Source of the DNA: Cyanophora paradoxa CCMP329
Taxonomy: Eukaryota; Plantae; Glaucophyta
NCBI GenBank assembly: GCA_004431415.1
Contig: QPMI01000547.1
Span: forward strand, 1-52,425
Direction: 5' to 3'
Length of the DNA: 52,425 nucleotides
Numbering within the stretch: position 1 is the first letter of the stretch; each line of letters starts with the position of its first letter. The notes under the pieces are model-generated. The model saw only the letters and a list, made by a program, of their open reading frames with translations, did no database searches and was not told the DNA's origin. A program made the position numbers and the translations under genes. Of the stretch, positions 1-11,019 are shown one piece after another.

Positions 1-642
1 TGGCCGGCGGGCATAGTGAACATAGTGCCAAAATGTCGCCCCGAAATCACGGTTTTTAGAAGGATCGGAAGAAAGCGCGCCCAAGCAGGACCGAGGGCGG
101 TTCCGGCACGTACCTACTGACTCAGAGCTGCTTGCGCTGGGCCCGCCGGCCGACGCCATGAGACCCGGTTGAGAGCTCGAATCCCTGCGCGCCGCCTTAC
201 AGCGGCGAGGATGGGGCGAAGGCTGCAGAATTCGATGATGTGCACCTCGGACAAGCGAAAGCGCGTAGCTAGCGCGCCGCCGGCGCCGCGGGTGAGCCGA
301 TGAAGCCAGCGATGTGTACTCCTCGCGTGCGCGGCGCGGCGACGTCGCCTGCCGGGCGGGCGTGGCGCCGCGGGGCTGAGCACGGCGCGCGCACGGCAGT
401 GCACATGCGCATCGGGCGGTGTTGACGTTCGCGCGCTGCAGCTGCATGCATGGCGCCGGCCGGGCGCGCGGAAGTTGGTTTTTTTTGCTATTCGTCCCCC
501 TGCGCTTCTCCCCCCCTTCATTCCCCCGAAGTTAGCCACCGGTGGCTAACTTGCGATCGAAGGGTACAGGGATCACCCTCCTGAAATTGATCTCTTACAA
601 AACCAACGCTGTCGTAGAACCCTACACTATCTGCAAGCGGAA

Positions 643-3600
643 TCAGGCAATCTGCAGTCCTACGAAAGCCTTGCACCGCTGCAGGAGCCCTTTTGCCTGC
701 TCTTCGTTCGCGAAGATGTCAGGATGCCCCGCGCGGGTGCGCGCGGAACCACTCTGTGGAGGCGGCCACAAATGGTGCGCATGCTGTGGATCGCGCAGGT
801 GTGGCCACTGCACACCACCCGGCCCCAGCGCGGGGAAAACAGGACCTCCAGGACAGCGGTCGACCGGCACTTCGCTTTGAAAGTAGACCCAGCGGTCGTG
901 CGCGCGTTCATCTGGTATGTGGATCAGAGAGCTCGACGATCGCATGCACCACCCCTGCAACCAGTGTCATGATCGGCACGCTGCGCAACGACACCGTTAC
1001 AGATAGAAAAAGAAAGGAAAGAAGAGAAAGTAAGAAAGAGAAGGGGGAAGAAAGACAGAATGAAAGAAAGAAGGAAGGACGCACGGCCAGTGGTCCCACT
1101 CCAGGTTCTTGAAGCTCTTCAGGATGTGCTGATCGCCTCCGGCGTAACGTTCACGTCGTCGAGCCGTCGGACTTCGCATGCGACGGTGCATGCACCTAGG
1201 CCTTGCCGGGCCGTGCACGCCAGGTCTCCGTCGTTGGGTGGAGTCGGGCAAGAACCTCCACGTATGCGCGCACTGCAGGCTCGAGGCTCTCGCCCCGCGC
1301 ACCGCAGTTGCGATTTCCGCAACGCTGTCGCGCACTGAACGATAGCCGTTCTCTCCCGCGTCATTGCGGGAAACATGTGCAGCTTCGCCTTCAGGGTGGT
1401 GCTCATCTGGTTAAGGAAGCGGTTCTCGGTGTTCGCGACTCTGCGACGAGAAATCAGAAAAGACCGCTGACAGAGGACATGACGGCGGGGGTACACATAC
1501 CGTCTGTAGAGCAAGGAGAGGAGGGGTATTGGAATGGGGCGCTCGGCTGTTCCCATCCACACGGCCTTGTTCCGTCGCGTGTACGGTGGGCGGACGTACA
1601 GCTCGACCTCTTGCTCCACCTCCTCCATAATCCCCTGCGCATTTGGCTGCGAATTGCGTGAGCCGCCGCGACGACGATGGCGCAGGAACGTGCTCACCTC
1701 CTGTACTTTGTCGACCCTCACCTTGAACGCGGTCGCCCCCAGTTCGTCCACCTCCGGATACTCCTCTCCGGAGCTGTGGGATCGGTCCCCGCGGTTCAAG
1801 AGGCGGTGATTGGGGACGTCCGACTTTGCACCGATCTGCTCCAGCGCCGCTGTGACTTGCTTCAGCGCTGGCATGCTGTTGTGTGATACACGGCTGTCCC
1901 GTACTTCTCCTGCGTCGAAGTTCAGTTCATGTACGTACCCCCCCACGCTCCCTTACCCCCGGGCGCACCACTATCTCGGGCTTGGAGCGTATCCTTGTGA
2001 AGGCCTCGTTCTCCGGGTCCTCGCGATAGACAGCCGCCGGATTCGCGAGCGCCTCGTGGCACGCCTGCCAAGAGACCGAAAGGCAGGCACGGTTCGGTTG
2101 TGGGTTAATCGCTAGGGGGTATCGAAGATTCTGTACCTTCAGCGGCCTCGGTGCTGGGTGGGGGCTGCTCCGGGGTCCTCCCGGCATCCCGCCTTGCCTC
2201 CCACTGAGCTCGGGCCCTCCTTGCATCTCCGTGTTCATCCTCGTCGATTGCCAGTGCGAGATCGACGAGGCCCTTGAAGATGAGCTGGTTGATGGTTGTT
2301 GCCCACCGTCGAATCGAGCGATGCGGACAAGGCTTGAGAAGAAGATGCCAATGGAGATGCTGCTCGCTGGCCCGGCAAGCAGGCGCAGGACCTCCATCCC
2401 ACTCGTGCGGATGCGCTGCAAAGCCTTTTCGTCGATTGGTCTGCCGGCGCCGCTGTTGACGTTCTTGTTTCCTGTTCCCGACTGGCACTTCTCCACCAGC
2501 CTCTTGACTTCTTCGAACTCCGAGAGACCCGCCCGCGCCTTTCTCTTACGCCCCTTCTCTCTTGGCATCTCTTGCGCCAACATGTCCTCCACAGCCGCTG
2601 CCGTAAGCTCGATACATGCATGCAACCTGTGACAGGAAGATCAGATCAGAAACGATGGCGTACCCCCCCCCCCCCGCGGCCCCCCGCGCACCAAAGTTGG
2701 AGTGACTCGCCTTCGCTTGTCTGCTGTTGCGCTGACTGAAGTAAGCGGATCAGACTTCGGAGCTGCTCCTTTGCTTCTTCTGTTGTGCCTAGATTTAAAG
2801 CTTGCTGGCTGAGCCCGAGAGTTGCCTGCATGCGTGGCAGATTGACTTGGGCCTGACCATTCTTAACCTGAGCGTGAAGTTGAGCTCGACGAAGTACAAG
2901 ATTTAGATGAAGAATGTCACCTCCAGGAATGCATCAGCAAGAGACTGAGCTCGAGCTGGCTCGCGCTCCATATCTGCCTCTGCAGGTCGCCAGGCAAGAA
3001 GTTGTGTGAGCACCGCTGCAGCTGACCGGATATCGCCATCGACAGGAGCTGCAATGCAGTTAGACCACAACGAAGCGCCACTTAGCAGTCATTCAAATGC
3101 AACTCACAGTAGAAATCAAGCGACTCGCCGCCTGACTGACCAAAGAAGTACAGCTCGATCCATTGGGAGAGGTACAGCTTCGATTGTACAGCATACGAGC
3201 GGCTATCTGCACGAGGCGCTGCGGGTTCCTGGAACTCCAGAGCCAAGATTACCTGCACACAAAGACACAATCAGCAGATGCAGCAAGCAGCAAGCATGTC
3301 AAACTTGCCAGGTCTATTTCACGCAATCTCCTCTCACGGGCGTAGATCTTGTTCTTGTAGAACCACTTGGCTCGCTCCTTTAGCCAATCGTGATGCTTGT
3401 CTCGCATTTCCTTGTCCACTTCGAATTGCCCGTGCTCGCCTACAGAACCAAGGCCAAGAAATGCGCACTGCATCGGCATTCAGTACATTCACACGATGGA
3501 AGAACAATAGAAGCTCACATCAATGTCAATGAGTTCCTCGTAATGCGAAGAACTCTTTGTCTCGTCACCGTTGCCGTCGTTTACATTGCGTGCAGCCTCT

Positions 3601-4522
3601 TGCTGGCGTGTCGACTCGAGCGCCACCTAAGATCATATTCAGAACAGAATCGCAAGATAAGTTGCAGTAAGAACTGCACCGAGCTCAAGAATTGCTTCAG
3701 AGCATTGAGCTCGTCCAGGGTCCGGTCCCGGGCCGGTTCGCCGCGAAACCGCACTCGGCAAGACCTAGCCTGAGCTTGAGCCGCCTGTGCTGTTATCTAC
3801 ACGAGCATGAGCTGACATCATAGGTACTCTGACAAATCCGTGCACCAGATCGAGCCAATCAACACAACTTTGAAATATGTCGCCTCGCTGTTCTCCATTC
3901 GTTTCCACGAACAAGTCCCGCAGCGCTTGCAAGGCTTGAGGTGGGGGCAAGTTGATGAGAACGCCCTCTACGTAGTGCAGCATGGGGTCCAAAGCTGCAC
4001 AACATATGAGAGATGCAGCAGTTAGGCCTCCGGGCTCGTGCACCAACATCGTGGCGGCGGTGTACACTGGGTCCGGGGCCGGGGGAGGGGCAGGGCCGGG
4101 GGAGGGGCAGGGCCGGGGGGAGGGGCAGGCCGGGGGAGGGGCGGGGTCGGGGGAGATGGAGGGGCGGGCCCGGGGGATGGCGGGGTCGGGGGAGGGGCGG
4201 GCCGGGGGAGGGGCGGGGTCGGGGGAGATGGAGGGGCGGGGCCCGGGGGATGGGCGGGGTCGGGGGAGGGCGGGGCCGGGGGAGGGGCGGGCAGTACCCT
4301 CTCCCCGCGTCGCACCGGCCCCGCCGCGCCGGTCAGCGTGGGGACAAGCTCAAGGCTGGAGCGAGCGCCGCCGCTTGCCGTGCTGCCCCGAGGCCGCCCC
4401 CGAGGCCACCACCCGCCGTGCGGCCCGCCAGAAGGGGATTGGGAGATGAGCTGGAGGTCCACTCCATCTCTTCCTCCCCAAAGAGAGTGCTCCTGGGGTC
4501 GACATGCTGCGGAGTCGGGCAT
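643..4522 (-). CDS. ORF3: spliced ~1,000 aa protein of unknown function (Pro-rich N-terminus, KGRKRKAR NLS-like motif), copy 1; start codon uncertain
   Basis: Exons join in phase across 11-12 short introns: DWLDL|ITAQAAQ, FLSS|VALEST, IDID|CAFLG, EIDL|VILAL (GC-AG), DFY|SPVDG, FLE|VKNGQ, QLW|LHACIE, PEIV|EKYGT, VQE|GIMEE, YRR|VANTE, HWP|VPIMT, ending KAFVGLQIA* at 643. This copy has several 1-bp indels relative to other copies. Confidence 0.75.
4073..4291. repeat. G-rich minisatellite (~19-20 bp units such as GGGGCGGGGCCGGGGGGAG); reads as Pro-rich PGPAPPP repeats in ORF3 exon 1. Also at ~10080-10304, 19381-19611, 28688-28903, 33841-34046, 42078-42286
   Basis: Directly visible runs of G4-G6 in tandem units; minus-strand ORFs read PPGPAPPSPPDPAPP. 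Confidence 0.9.
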
Positions 4523-4674
4523 AAGACACCGAAAAGCAGCGATCGCTTGGCCAATGAGAAGGCGGTGGACGTCAAGCCCGCGGCGACCGTTAGAACTGAG
4601 AACCCAGAAGCGATCGCCGGCCCAGCAGCTCTTTGTTAGAGGTCGGACTCGCTGGGTATGGCGCCGAACACAAA

Positions 4675-4700
4675 GCGATCGCCGAGCAATGAGAAGGCTC
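4675..4700 (-). repeat. Right terminal inverted repeat (26 bp); also 10692-10717, 19995-20020, 29287-29312, 34430-34455 and ~42667-42690 (2 bp short)
   Basis: Its reverse complement GAGCCTTCTCATTGCTCGGCGATCGC aligns with left TIR GAGCCTTCTCATCGCTTCGGCGACCGC; the first 12 bp are identical. Confidence 0.9.
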
Positions 4701-5002
4701 TATGCGCGGGGCAGATCTAGCGATCCAATTGAATAGGGAATCTCTATGCGAGCAAGCTCGCAGCGCTACGGGAGGCGGGCACGCACTGCAGGCGTTGGCG
4801 TTGGCTGGTGCGACGAACTTGAAGCAGCTCCTGTGCAAGCGATCGCCGGTCTATGCGCGGGGCAGATCTAGCGATCCAATTGAATAGGGAATCTCTATGC
4901 GAGCAAGCTCGCAGCGCTACGGGAGGCGGGCACGCACTGCAGGCGTTGGCGTTGGCTGGTGCGACGAACTTGAAGCAGCTCCTGTGCAAGCGATCGCCGG
5001 TC
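4701..5002. repeat. Two tandem copies of the 151-bp spacer R (TATGCGCGGGGCAGATC...AAGCGATCGCCGGTC), followed by AGA and the next left TIR
   Basis: Units 4701-4851 and 4852-5002 are identical and lie outside the TIR pair. Confidence 0.95.
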
Positions 5003-5005
5003 AGA

Positions 5006-5032
5006 GAGCCTTCTCATCGCTTCGGCGACCGC
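5006..5032 (+). repeat. Left terminal inverted repeat (27 bp); also at 11023, 15155, 20326, 24462, 29617
   Basis: Inverted match to the right TIR; always preceded by ...GCGATCGCCGGTC-AGA. Confidence 0.9.
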
Positions 5033-5536
5033 CAGGCCCTGGTACCGAGTACTCCGGGGCAATCGCTAGCGCGAACCGTCGGACGACGGACGCGGCGCCG
5101 GCGATCGCTTAAAAAAGGCCCGGCCCGATCCGAGCCCATGGCCGGCGGCATAGTGAACATAGTGCCAAAATGTCGCCCCGAAATCACGGTTTTTAGAAGG
5201 ATCGGAAGAAAGCGCGCCCAAGCAGGACCGAGGGGCGGTTCCGGCACGTACCTACTGACTCAGAGCTGCTTGCGCTGGGCCCGCCGGCCGACGCCATGAG
5301 ACCCGGTTGAGAGCTCGAATCCCTGCGCGCCGCCTTACAGCGGCCGAGGATGGGGCGAAGGCTGCAGAATTCGATGATGTGCACCTCGGACAAGCGAAAG
5401 CGCGTAGCTAGCGCGCCGCCGGCGCCGCGGGTGAGCCGATGAAGCCAGCGATGTGTACTCCTCGCGTGCGCGGGCGCGGCGACGTCGCCTGCCGGGCGGG
5501 CGTGGCGCCGCGGGGCTGAGCACGGCGCGCGCACGG
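5006..5536 (+). repeat. Shared left arm S (~530 bp) common to X and Y; also 11023-11555, 15155-15686, 20326-20858, 24462-24993, 29617-30149
   Basis: Identical up to ...GCGCGCACGG, then branches to ACAGAGTCGG (Y) or CAGTGCACAT (X). Confidence 0.95.
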
Positions 5537-5927
5537 ACAGAGTCGGGCCCCAGCGCAGCCCGCGCACCGCAGACACTTCAGATGCGCGGAAGAGACGATG
5601 CTGTCGAGCTCGCCTCCGTGAAAGTCTGACGGCAGATGAGCTGGCCGTGCAGGAAGAATGCGCGGCGGTTGGCTGCGTGAGAGCAGACCGGATGGGATGC
5701 GACGCGACCCGCGCCGTTATAGTCTGAACAAACAACGAAACGAGGCGTCCCGCGTCCAGCGAAGCCTCCCGAACAGCGCGCGCCGCACACACGCGGCGGC
5801 CCACCGCCAGCGAAGCCGTCGTCGTCTCGGAACTCTGAGGTCGTACGGAGAGGTAAGTGAGGGCGCGAAGAACGACAGCGAAGACCGAGGAGCCCACCGC
5901 GAGGGATACCAGATCTCTTCTGACGCG

Positions 5928-7457
5928 ATGGCGCACGCCCGCTAAACGCCGATCTGGACGCGCTTCTAGAGCTGGCGAAAGCGGAACTCGACGATGACGA
6001 TGATGATGGCGATGCTATGGAGCTCGAGGAGGAGGCCGCGGCTGTAGTCGCTGCAGCAGCAGCTAAGGCGGCGGAGCTTCTGGCGCAGGCGAGGCTCCCC
6101 CGCAAGCCGCGAATGTACACATGGTGAATGAGATGATCGAACGCATCGTGGATGGTTCGCCTGCTTGCTGCAGCCGCGCGTCGCGCTGTTTGATTGCGAT
6201 TCTCCCCCCCCCCCACACACCCAGCTGAGACCGACTTCGTTCGCAGGCGACTTCGACGCGAAGTTCTTCTGGGCATTTCGCATGACGCCAACGACTTTCA
6301 CGTTCATTCACGATCGTATCCAACACAGCGAGGTGTACATCACCACTGGGAATGTCCACAGCTACCTGTAGAACTGCAGCTTGCAATTACATTGAGGAGA
6401 CTTGGCAGAGGACAGGCTATGAAGCTCTCCAAGAGATTTCCCTGTATCACAGGGCTTCATTTCGGAAGGTCTCTCTTTAGTTCAGTGGCGTTGTTTTCAT
6501 AATGAGTTCTGATGCGGTTCCACAGCTATCTCCCGCACACAGGCAGCCATATGTGAATATTTTCGAAAGACACATATGCAAGATCTGTTTCCCCGTACCC
6601 CGGAGCAGAAGGCAAGGGCACGGGCAGGATTTGAGCGCCTCGCAAAGCATTGGAACAAAAGGAATTTTACGCAACGGGGTTCACCAAGTGTGTCGGCGCA
6701 GTTGTACACACAGGCGTGACAGTTGAAGCAAGCAGTTTTGAACTGATCTCTATATTGCGCAGATGAAGCATGTTCATTATCGAGAACCCTCCGCAAGAGC
6801 ATCGATCCAAGTACTTCAGTCGTAAAGGAAGGAAGTCATTGAACGTCCAAGCAGCTTGCAATGCTAATGGTCTTTTCAACGACGTTAGTTCTTGTTATAT
6901 ATATATATGATCATGATAACTCAGCACACGTGATCATGTTGGGTCACTGATTACGTATACGTGAACAGGTGAGCATTAAATACCCTGGCAGCGTGCATGA
7001 TCAGAGAGTGTATGACAATTCAAGGCTGCACAAGCAGCGGAACACCATCTACAGTGACGGCGATTACAGGCTTGTCGACAGAGGGTACCGCATTGAGAAG
7101 GGTGCCTCCCCCACACAGCATACACGGTGCGTACATGTGCTCATGTTCAGATCTGATCTGACATTGACGAGCGCACATGCACATGTACAGATCTCGATGA
7201 TCTTGCAGCCGGCATACTGCAGGCAAAGTTAAACTATGACTTTGTGCATTCCATGTGCAGGAAGGTCATCGAGCGTGCATTTGGAAGGCTGAAGATGCGA
7301 TGGCTTGAGCTAGGCATCGGGATCAATCGCAAGCACCTTGGGCGCTCTTGTCAAACCATCTACGTAAGTACCCCCCTGGAACAAGATATTGAAACCTGAC
7401 ATACAATGGCGCAGGTGTGCTTCCTTCTACACAACATTTGCGAGCTCGGCGATTATC
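5928..7457 (+). pseudogene. Harbinger DDE transposase, C-terminally truncated copy
   Basis: Same exons as 11950-13638, broken after VCFLLHNICELGDY by the chimeric junction; several 1-bp deletions. Confidence 0.85.
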
Positions 7458-10400
7458 AGAAAAGACCGCTGACAGAGGACATGACGGGCGGGGGTACACA
7501 TACCGTCTGTAGAGCAAGGAGAGGAGGGGTATTGGAATGGGGCGCTCGGCTGTTCCCATCCACACGGCCTTGTTCCGTCGCGTGTACGGTGGGCGGACGT
7601 ACAGCTCGACCTCTTGCTCCACCTCCTCCATAATCCCCTGCGCATTTGGCTGCGAATTGCGTGAGCCGCCGCGACGACGATGGCGCCAGGAACGTGCTCA
7701 CCTCCTGTACTTTGTCGACCCTCACCTTGAACGCGGTCGCCCCCAGTTCGTCCACCTCCGGATACTCCTCTCCGGAGCTGTGGGATCGGTCCCCGCGGTT
7801 CAAGAGGCGGTGATTGGGGACGTCCGACTTTGCACCGATCTGCTCCAGCGCCGCTGTGACTTGCTTCAGCGCTGGCATGCTGTTGTGTGATACACGGCCT
7901 GTCCCGTACTTCTCCTGCGTCGAAGTTCAGTTCATGTACGTACCCCCCCCACGCTCCCTTACCCCCCGGGCGCACCACTATCTCGGGCTTGGAGCGTATC
8001 CTTGTGAAGGCCTCGTTCTCCGGGTCCTCGCGATAGACAGCCGCCGGATTCGCGAGCGCCTCGTGGCACGCCTGCCAAGAGACCGAAAGGCAGGCACGGT
8101 TCGGTTGTGGGTTAATCGCTAGGGGGTATCGAAGATTCTGTACCTTCAGCGGCCTCGGTGCTGGGTGGGGGGCTGCTCCGGGGTCCTCCCGGCATCCCGC
8201 CTTGCCTCCCACTGAGCTCGGGCCCTCCTTGCATCTCCGTGTTCATCCTCGTCGATTGCCAGTGCGAGATCGACGAGGCCCTTGAAGATGAGCTGGTTGA
8301 TGGTTGTTGCCCACCGTCGGAATCGAGCGATGCGGACAAGGCTTGAGAAGAAGATGCCAATGGAGATGCTGCTCGCTGGCCGGCAAGCAGGCGCAGGACC
8401 TCCATCCCACTCGTGCGGATGCGCTGCAAAGCCTTTTCGTCGATTGGTCTGCCGGCGCCGCTGTTGACGTTCTTGTTTCCTGTTCCCGACTGGCACTTCT
8501 CCACCAGCCTCTTGACTTCTTCGAACTCCGAGAGACCCGCCCGCGCCTTTCTCTTACGCCCCTTCTCTCTTGGCATCTCTTGCGCCAACATGTCCTCCAC
8601 AGCCGCTGCCGTAAGCTCGATACATGCATGCAACCTGTGACAGGAAGATCAGATCAGAAACGATGGCGTACCCCCCCCCCCCCGCCCCCCCCGCGCACCA
8701 AAGTTGGAGTGACTCGCCTTCGCTTGTCTGCTGTTGCGCTGACTGAAGTAAGCGGATCAGACTTCGGAGCTGCTCCTTTGCTTCTTCTGTTGTGCCTAGA
8801 TTTAAAGCTTGCTGGCTGAGCCCGAGAGTTGCCTGCATGCGTGGCAGATTGACTTGGGCCTGACCATTCTTAACCTGAGCGTGAAGTTGAGCTCGACGAA
8901 GTACAAGATTTAGATGAAGAATGTCACCTCCAGGAATGCATCAGCAAGAGACTGAGCTCGAGCTGGCTCGCGCTCCATATCTGCCTCTGCAGGTCGCCAG
9001 GCAAGAAGTTGTGTGAGCACCGCTGCAGCTGACCGGATATCGCCATCGACAGGAGCTGCAATGCAGTTAGACCACAACGAAGCGCCACTTAGCAGTCATT
9101 CAAATGCAACTCACAGTAGAAATCAAGCGACTCGCCGCCTGACTGACCAAAGAAGTACAGCTCGATCCATTGGGAGAGGTACAGCTTCGATTGTACAGCA
9201 TACGAGCGGCTATCTGCACGAGGCGCTGCGGGTTCCTGGAACTCCAGAGCCAAGATTACCTGCACACAAAGACACAATCAGCAGATGCAGCAAGCAGCAA
9301 GCATGTCAAACTTGCCAGGTCTATTTCACGCAATCTCCTCTCACGGGCGTAGATCTTGTTCTTGTAGAACCACTTGGCTCGCTCCTTTAGCCAATCGTGA
9401 TGCTTGTCTCGCATTTCCTTGTCCACTTCGAATTGCCCGTGCTCGCCTACAGAACCAAGGCCAAGAAATGCGCACTGCATCGGCATTCAGTACATTCACA
9501 CGATGGAAGAACAATAGAAGCTCACATCAATGTCAATGAGTTCCTCGTAATGCGAAGAACTCTTTGTCTCGTCACCGTTGCCGTCGTTTACATTGCGTGC
9601 AGCCTCTTGCTGGCGTGTCGACTCGAGCGCCACCTAAGATCATATTCAGAACAGAATCGCAAGATAAGTTGCAGTAAGAACTGCACCGAGCTCAAGAATT
9701 GCTTCAGAGCATTGAGCTCGTCCAGGGTCCGGTCCCGGGCCGGTTCGCCGCGAAACCGCACTCGGCAAGACCTAGCCTGAGCTTGAGCCGCCTGTGCTGT
9801 TATCTACACGAGCATGAGCTGACATCATAGGTACTCTGACAAATCCGTGCACCAGATCGAGCCAATCAACACAACTTTGAAATATGTCGCCTCGCTGTTC
9901 TCCATTCGTTTCCACGAACAAGTCCCGCAGCGCTTGCAAGGCTTGAGGTGGGGCAAGTTGATGAGAACGCCCTCTACGTAGTGCAGCATGGGGTCCAAAG
10001 CTGCACAACATATGAGAGATGCAGCAGTTAGGCCTCCGGGCTCGTGCACCAACATCGTGGCGGCGGTGTACACTGGGTCCGGGGCCGGGGGAGGGCAGGG
10101 CCGGGGGAGGGGCAGGGCCGGGGGAGGGGCAGGGCCGGGGGAGGGCGGGGTCGGGGGAGATGGAGGGGCGGGGCCCGGGGGATGGGCGGGGTCGGGGGGA
10201 GGGGCGGGGCCGGGGGGAGGGGCGGGGTCGGGGGGAGATGGAGGGGCGGGGCCCGGGGGATGGGCGGGGTCGGGGGGAGGGGCGGGGCCGGGGGGAGGGG
10301 CGGGCAGTACCCCTCTCCCCCGCGTCGCACCGGCCCCCGCCGCGCCGGTCAGCGTGGGGACAAGCTCAAGGCTGGAGCGAGCGCCGCCGCTTGCCGTGCT

Positions 10401-10539
10401 GCCCCCGAGGCCGCCCCCGAGGCCACCACCCGCCGTGCGGCCCGCCAGAAGGGGATTGGGAGATGAGCTGGAGGTCCACTCCATCTCTTCCTCCCCAAAG
10501 AGAGTGCTCCTGGGGTCGACATGCTGCGGAGTCGGGCAT
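7455..10539 (-). pseudogene. ORF3 copy lacking its last two exons
   Basis: Matches 1453-4522; the junction falls in the intron between the ...LLYRR and VANTE... exons. Confidence 0.75.
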
Positions 10540-10717
10540 AAGACACCGAAAAGCAGCGATCGCTTGGCCAATGAGAAGGCGGTGGACGTCAAGCCCGCGG
10601 CGACCGTTAGAACTGAGAACCCAGAAGCGATCGCCGGCCCAGCAGCTCTTTGTTAGAGGTCGGACTCGCTGGGTATGGCGCCGAACACAAAGCGATCGCC
10701 GAGCAATGAGAAGGCTC

Positions 10718-11019
10718 TATGCGCGGGGCAGATCTAGCGATCCAATTGAATAGGGAATCTCTATGCGAGCAAGCTCGCAGCGCTACGGGAGGCGGGCACG
10801 CACTGCAGGCGTTGGCGTTGGCTGGTGCGACGAACTTGAAGCAGCTCCTGTGCAAGCGATCGCCGGTCTATGCGCGGGGCAGATCTAGCGATCCAATTGA
10901 ATAGGGAATCTCTATGCGAGCAAGCTCGCAGCGCTACGGGAGGCGGGCACGCACTGCAGGCGTTGGCGTTGGCTGGTGCGACGAACTTGAAGCAGCTCCT
11001 GTGCAAGCGATCGCCGGTC
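10718..11019. repeat. Two copies of 151-bp spacer R
   Basis: Identical to 4701-5002. Confidence 0.95.

Larger units (their letters stand above)
1..4700 (+). mobile_element. Form X element, copy 1 (left end outside the window): non-autonomous, carries ORF3
   Basis: 1-396 is the tail of shared arm S. X-specific sequence starts at 397 (cagtgcacat). Right TIR at 4675-4700. Confidence 0.85.
5006..10717 (+). mobile_element. Y/X chimeric element: internal deletion of ~3.26 kb from a Y+X pair, bounded by left and right TIRs
   Basis: Transposase sequence GGCGATT-ATC joins X sequence ATC-AGAAAAGACC at 7455-7457. This equals removing 13493-16756 from the next Y+X pair. Confidence 0.9.

Noticed and set aside
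1004-1080. AAAG-rich tract read as a Lys/Glu-rich or hydrophobic peptide
   Set aside because: It is the polypyrimidine body of the last ORF3 intron (GTGCGT...GCGCAG on the minus strand).
3006-3773. Repeated + strand ORFs of 125 and 127 aa (MSTAAADR..., MMLVSHF...)
   Set aside because: Antisense to well-supported ORF3 exons and introns; they recur only because the DNA is repeated.
4539-5108. GCGATCGC as cyanobacterial HIP1, implying bacterial origin
   Set aside because: The genes have spliceosomal introns and the motif clusters at element ends rather than being dispersed.
5300-5335. tRNA/SINE B-box-like GCTCGAATCC in S
   Set aside because: Mismatch to GTTCGA, and no convincing A-box or cloverleaf.
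5006-5536. S arm as an LTR flanking X and Y
   Set aside because: No TG...CA ends, PBS/PPT, gag, RT or integrase; S begins with a TIR that pairs with the X right end.
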